Origin: Ginkgo biloba
Taxonomy: Eukaryota > Plantae > Ginkgophyta
Direction: 5' to 3'
Assembly: GCA_024626585.2 (NCBI GenBank)
Contig: JANKJI020000001.1
Location: 18,012,148 to 18,036,740, forward strand
DNA length: 24,593 nt
The notes beneath the pieces were generated by a model. It ran no database searches and was not told the DNA's origin. It saw only the letters and a list, made by a program, of their open reading frames with translations. The stretch's first letter is position 1, and every line of letters begins with the position of its first letter. The translations under genes and the position numbers were made by a program. Shown in pieces: positions 23,041 through 24,593 of the stretch.

Positions 23041-24405
23041 TCATAATAAATAGATGACCCATCCAAAAACAGTTGGCAGATTGGTACTTTTGGAATCTAG
23101 ATCATTGCTTACCCGATCGTTTGCTTGTTCTAAATTTTGTAGTGAACTCTCAAGTACAAGGCTTCTGCTTAATAACCTTGTCATTGGGTTCATAGGAAAG
23201 TCCCTCTCTATTGTGGCCGCATGCAGCATACCCACCTGTGCTTTATATCCCATCGTGAATGCCATATCTTCTCTTCCCAGTTTTGAGCAGCCATCTATTT
23301 GATTCAATTGATTGACTTTTGTGTTTGACCTTTCTGAATTTGCATCATCCAGAAGCACTTTTGAATTGATAGGCCTGATTTGAGAATCACTAGCAGCTGA
23401 AATTGGTCTAACCACTCTTTGTGCAGGGGCAAAACTTGTTGCTGCAAATGTTTGGGCAGGGCCTAACATTGCCCCTGTAACTGTTTGTGCAGTGTCTAAA
23501 ACAGTATCCTTGCAAGAAATGGTGGGCACAGATCCATCCGGGTTGTAACCTGGGATAGGAGTAGATGCAACACTGAAAAGTGCAGCATTCAAAGCATTGT
23601 TAGTTTTCTCAATAAGTGATAGCTGAATGCATGAAGATTTAACCAGTTCCTTCAGCTGAGTAAGTGATTTCTCAATGGCAGACTTTTTCTTTTGAATGGT
23701 TGAGTGGCCCTGGCTCTTTTGTCCCTCCATTGTGACTGCATTAACAAGATTGGCTTTATGACCAACTGAAGGAGCATTTGCATCTTTGTTCAGGTTACTT
23801 TCAACAGTCAATGTATTCTTATCTGAAATATGATTTGGACTTGAAAATTTTGCATTTCTGGTCTCCGAAATCACCCCTGCTTCCTTAATCTGTCCTAACA
23901 TTTCTACTTTCTCTGGCATAGGAGACACTTGCATTTGCTTGACCTGCAGATGATCATTTTCCACTACCAGATGTACCTTGTTATTCTCTGGTGCATACTC
24001 AGTAGGAATGCATGTGAAAGCATCTTGATCTTTACCTGAGTCTTCCTTTGAAGAATAACTTTTATCTAGCTGAACCAGATCGCTCCTCTGTTCTGATTTT
24101 CTAGTCACAACATGATTAAGATCTTGAGCTTCTTTCTTCCTCAACCCCAAACTCGTAAAGCATTCTGTGTCTTGAAGACAGCTATAACTTGGTGAGGTCG
24201 CATGTCGTTCAAATTGATTTTGAGCCATGAACCCTGCTAAATCAATCAGTACGTCATCATCATCATCCTGATCTAAGTGTGTCTCTGTCTCATGCTGGAC
24301 AAACCCCTCAAACGGCACCTCCTTTTCCAAATCCCTTGATGAGGGAATTTCATTTTGAGGCCTTGCAAACATATTCGAGTCAAATTGTCTTTTGAGTATC
24401 CCTCT
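23041..24405 (-). CDS. Large internal exon of an EMBRYONIC FLOWER 1 (EMF1)-like / uncharacterised low-complexity protein; gene probably starts beyond the window
   Basis: The 443-codon ORF extends upstream in frame (RGILKRQFDSN-MFARP) to a pyrimidine-rich acceptor ...ccaccttttag| at 24406. It contains DDVLIDLAGFMAQNQFER, similar to the EMF1 block DDIPMEIVELMAKNQYER (recalled consensus). Coding status is well supported; the family assignment is moderate. Confidence 0.75.
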   Translation of the reverse strand, partial: RGILKRQFDSNMFARPQNEIPSSRDLEKEVPFEGFVQHETETHLDQDDDDDVLIDLAGFMAQNQFERHATSPSYSCLQDTECFTSLGLRKKEAQDLNHVVTRKSEQRSDLVQLDKSYSSKEDSGKDQDAFTCIPTEYAPENNKVHLVVENDHLQVKQMQVSPMPEKVEMLGQIKEAGVISETRNAKFSSPNHISDKNTLTVESNLNKDANAPSVGHKANLVNAVTMEGQKSQGHSTIQKKKSAIEKSLTQLKELVKSSCIQLSLIEKTNNALNAALFSVASTPIPGYNPDGSVPTISCKDTVLDTAQTVTGAMLGPAQTFAATSFAPAQRVVRPISAASDSQIRPINSKVLLDDANSERSNTKVNQLNQIDGCSKLGREDMAFTMGYKAQVGMLHAATIERDFPMNPMTRLLSRSLVLESSLQNLEQANDRVSNDLDSKSTNLPTVFGWVIYLL

Positions 24406-24593
24406 CTAAAAGGTGGTGTCCACAAAAAAAAGAGCTCTTTGAGGAAAAGTGCAACACATTACTAAAATCTAAAATATTATTTTATTTTTAATACTTAAAT
24501 TAGCCATTATGCCATGGCTAATTATTATTAATGAAGTTTTATTAACATATTAAATTTGATTTCCACAATATTGGTGTTCATAAAAATGAATGA

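Noticed and set aside
20275-23302. Alternative-frame and antisense ORFs (20275, 20435, 21364, 21810, 21850, 21911, 23054)
   Set aside because: Shadows of the real minus-strand coding sequence or gap-spanning; no independent motifs.
1-24593. Prokaryotic systems (CRISPR arrays, operons), rRNA or intact tRNA genes
   Set aside because: None seen. The 108-bp repeat is coding and has no spacers, and the Pol III boxes at ~2.8 kb fit a SINE rather than a cloverleaf tRNA.

Overview
AT-rich eukaryotic genomic DNA from a gapped draft scaffold, most consistent with a large-genome seed plant (gymnosperm-like; this is inference from TE types, CpG depletion and depth of decay). Bases ~1-17500 are old, heavily mutated mobile elements: a Ty1/copia remnant with PPT and 3' LTR (+), four Ty3/gypsy fragments (-; gag, protease, RT-RNaseH-integrase), a tRNA-derived SINE with a target-site duplication (-), and a decayed 19-bp minisatellite. 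Bases ~19200-24405 hold two closely spaced intron-containing coding units on the minus strand. The upstream one is a large internal exon (23059-24405) carrying a motif resembling the conserved DDIPMEIVELMAKNQYER block of the plant Polycomb-associated protein EMF1. The downstream one is a spliced gene (~22079 to 19310) encoding a basic, low-complexity protein with seven ~36-aa tandem repeats and a second repeated 'AIExYIxQ' motif, a variant of which also appears in the upstream protein. Many ORFs in the supplied track are artefacts of N-runs or antisense shadows. All family assignments come from manual translation and remembered consensus motifs; no database search was run.
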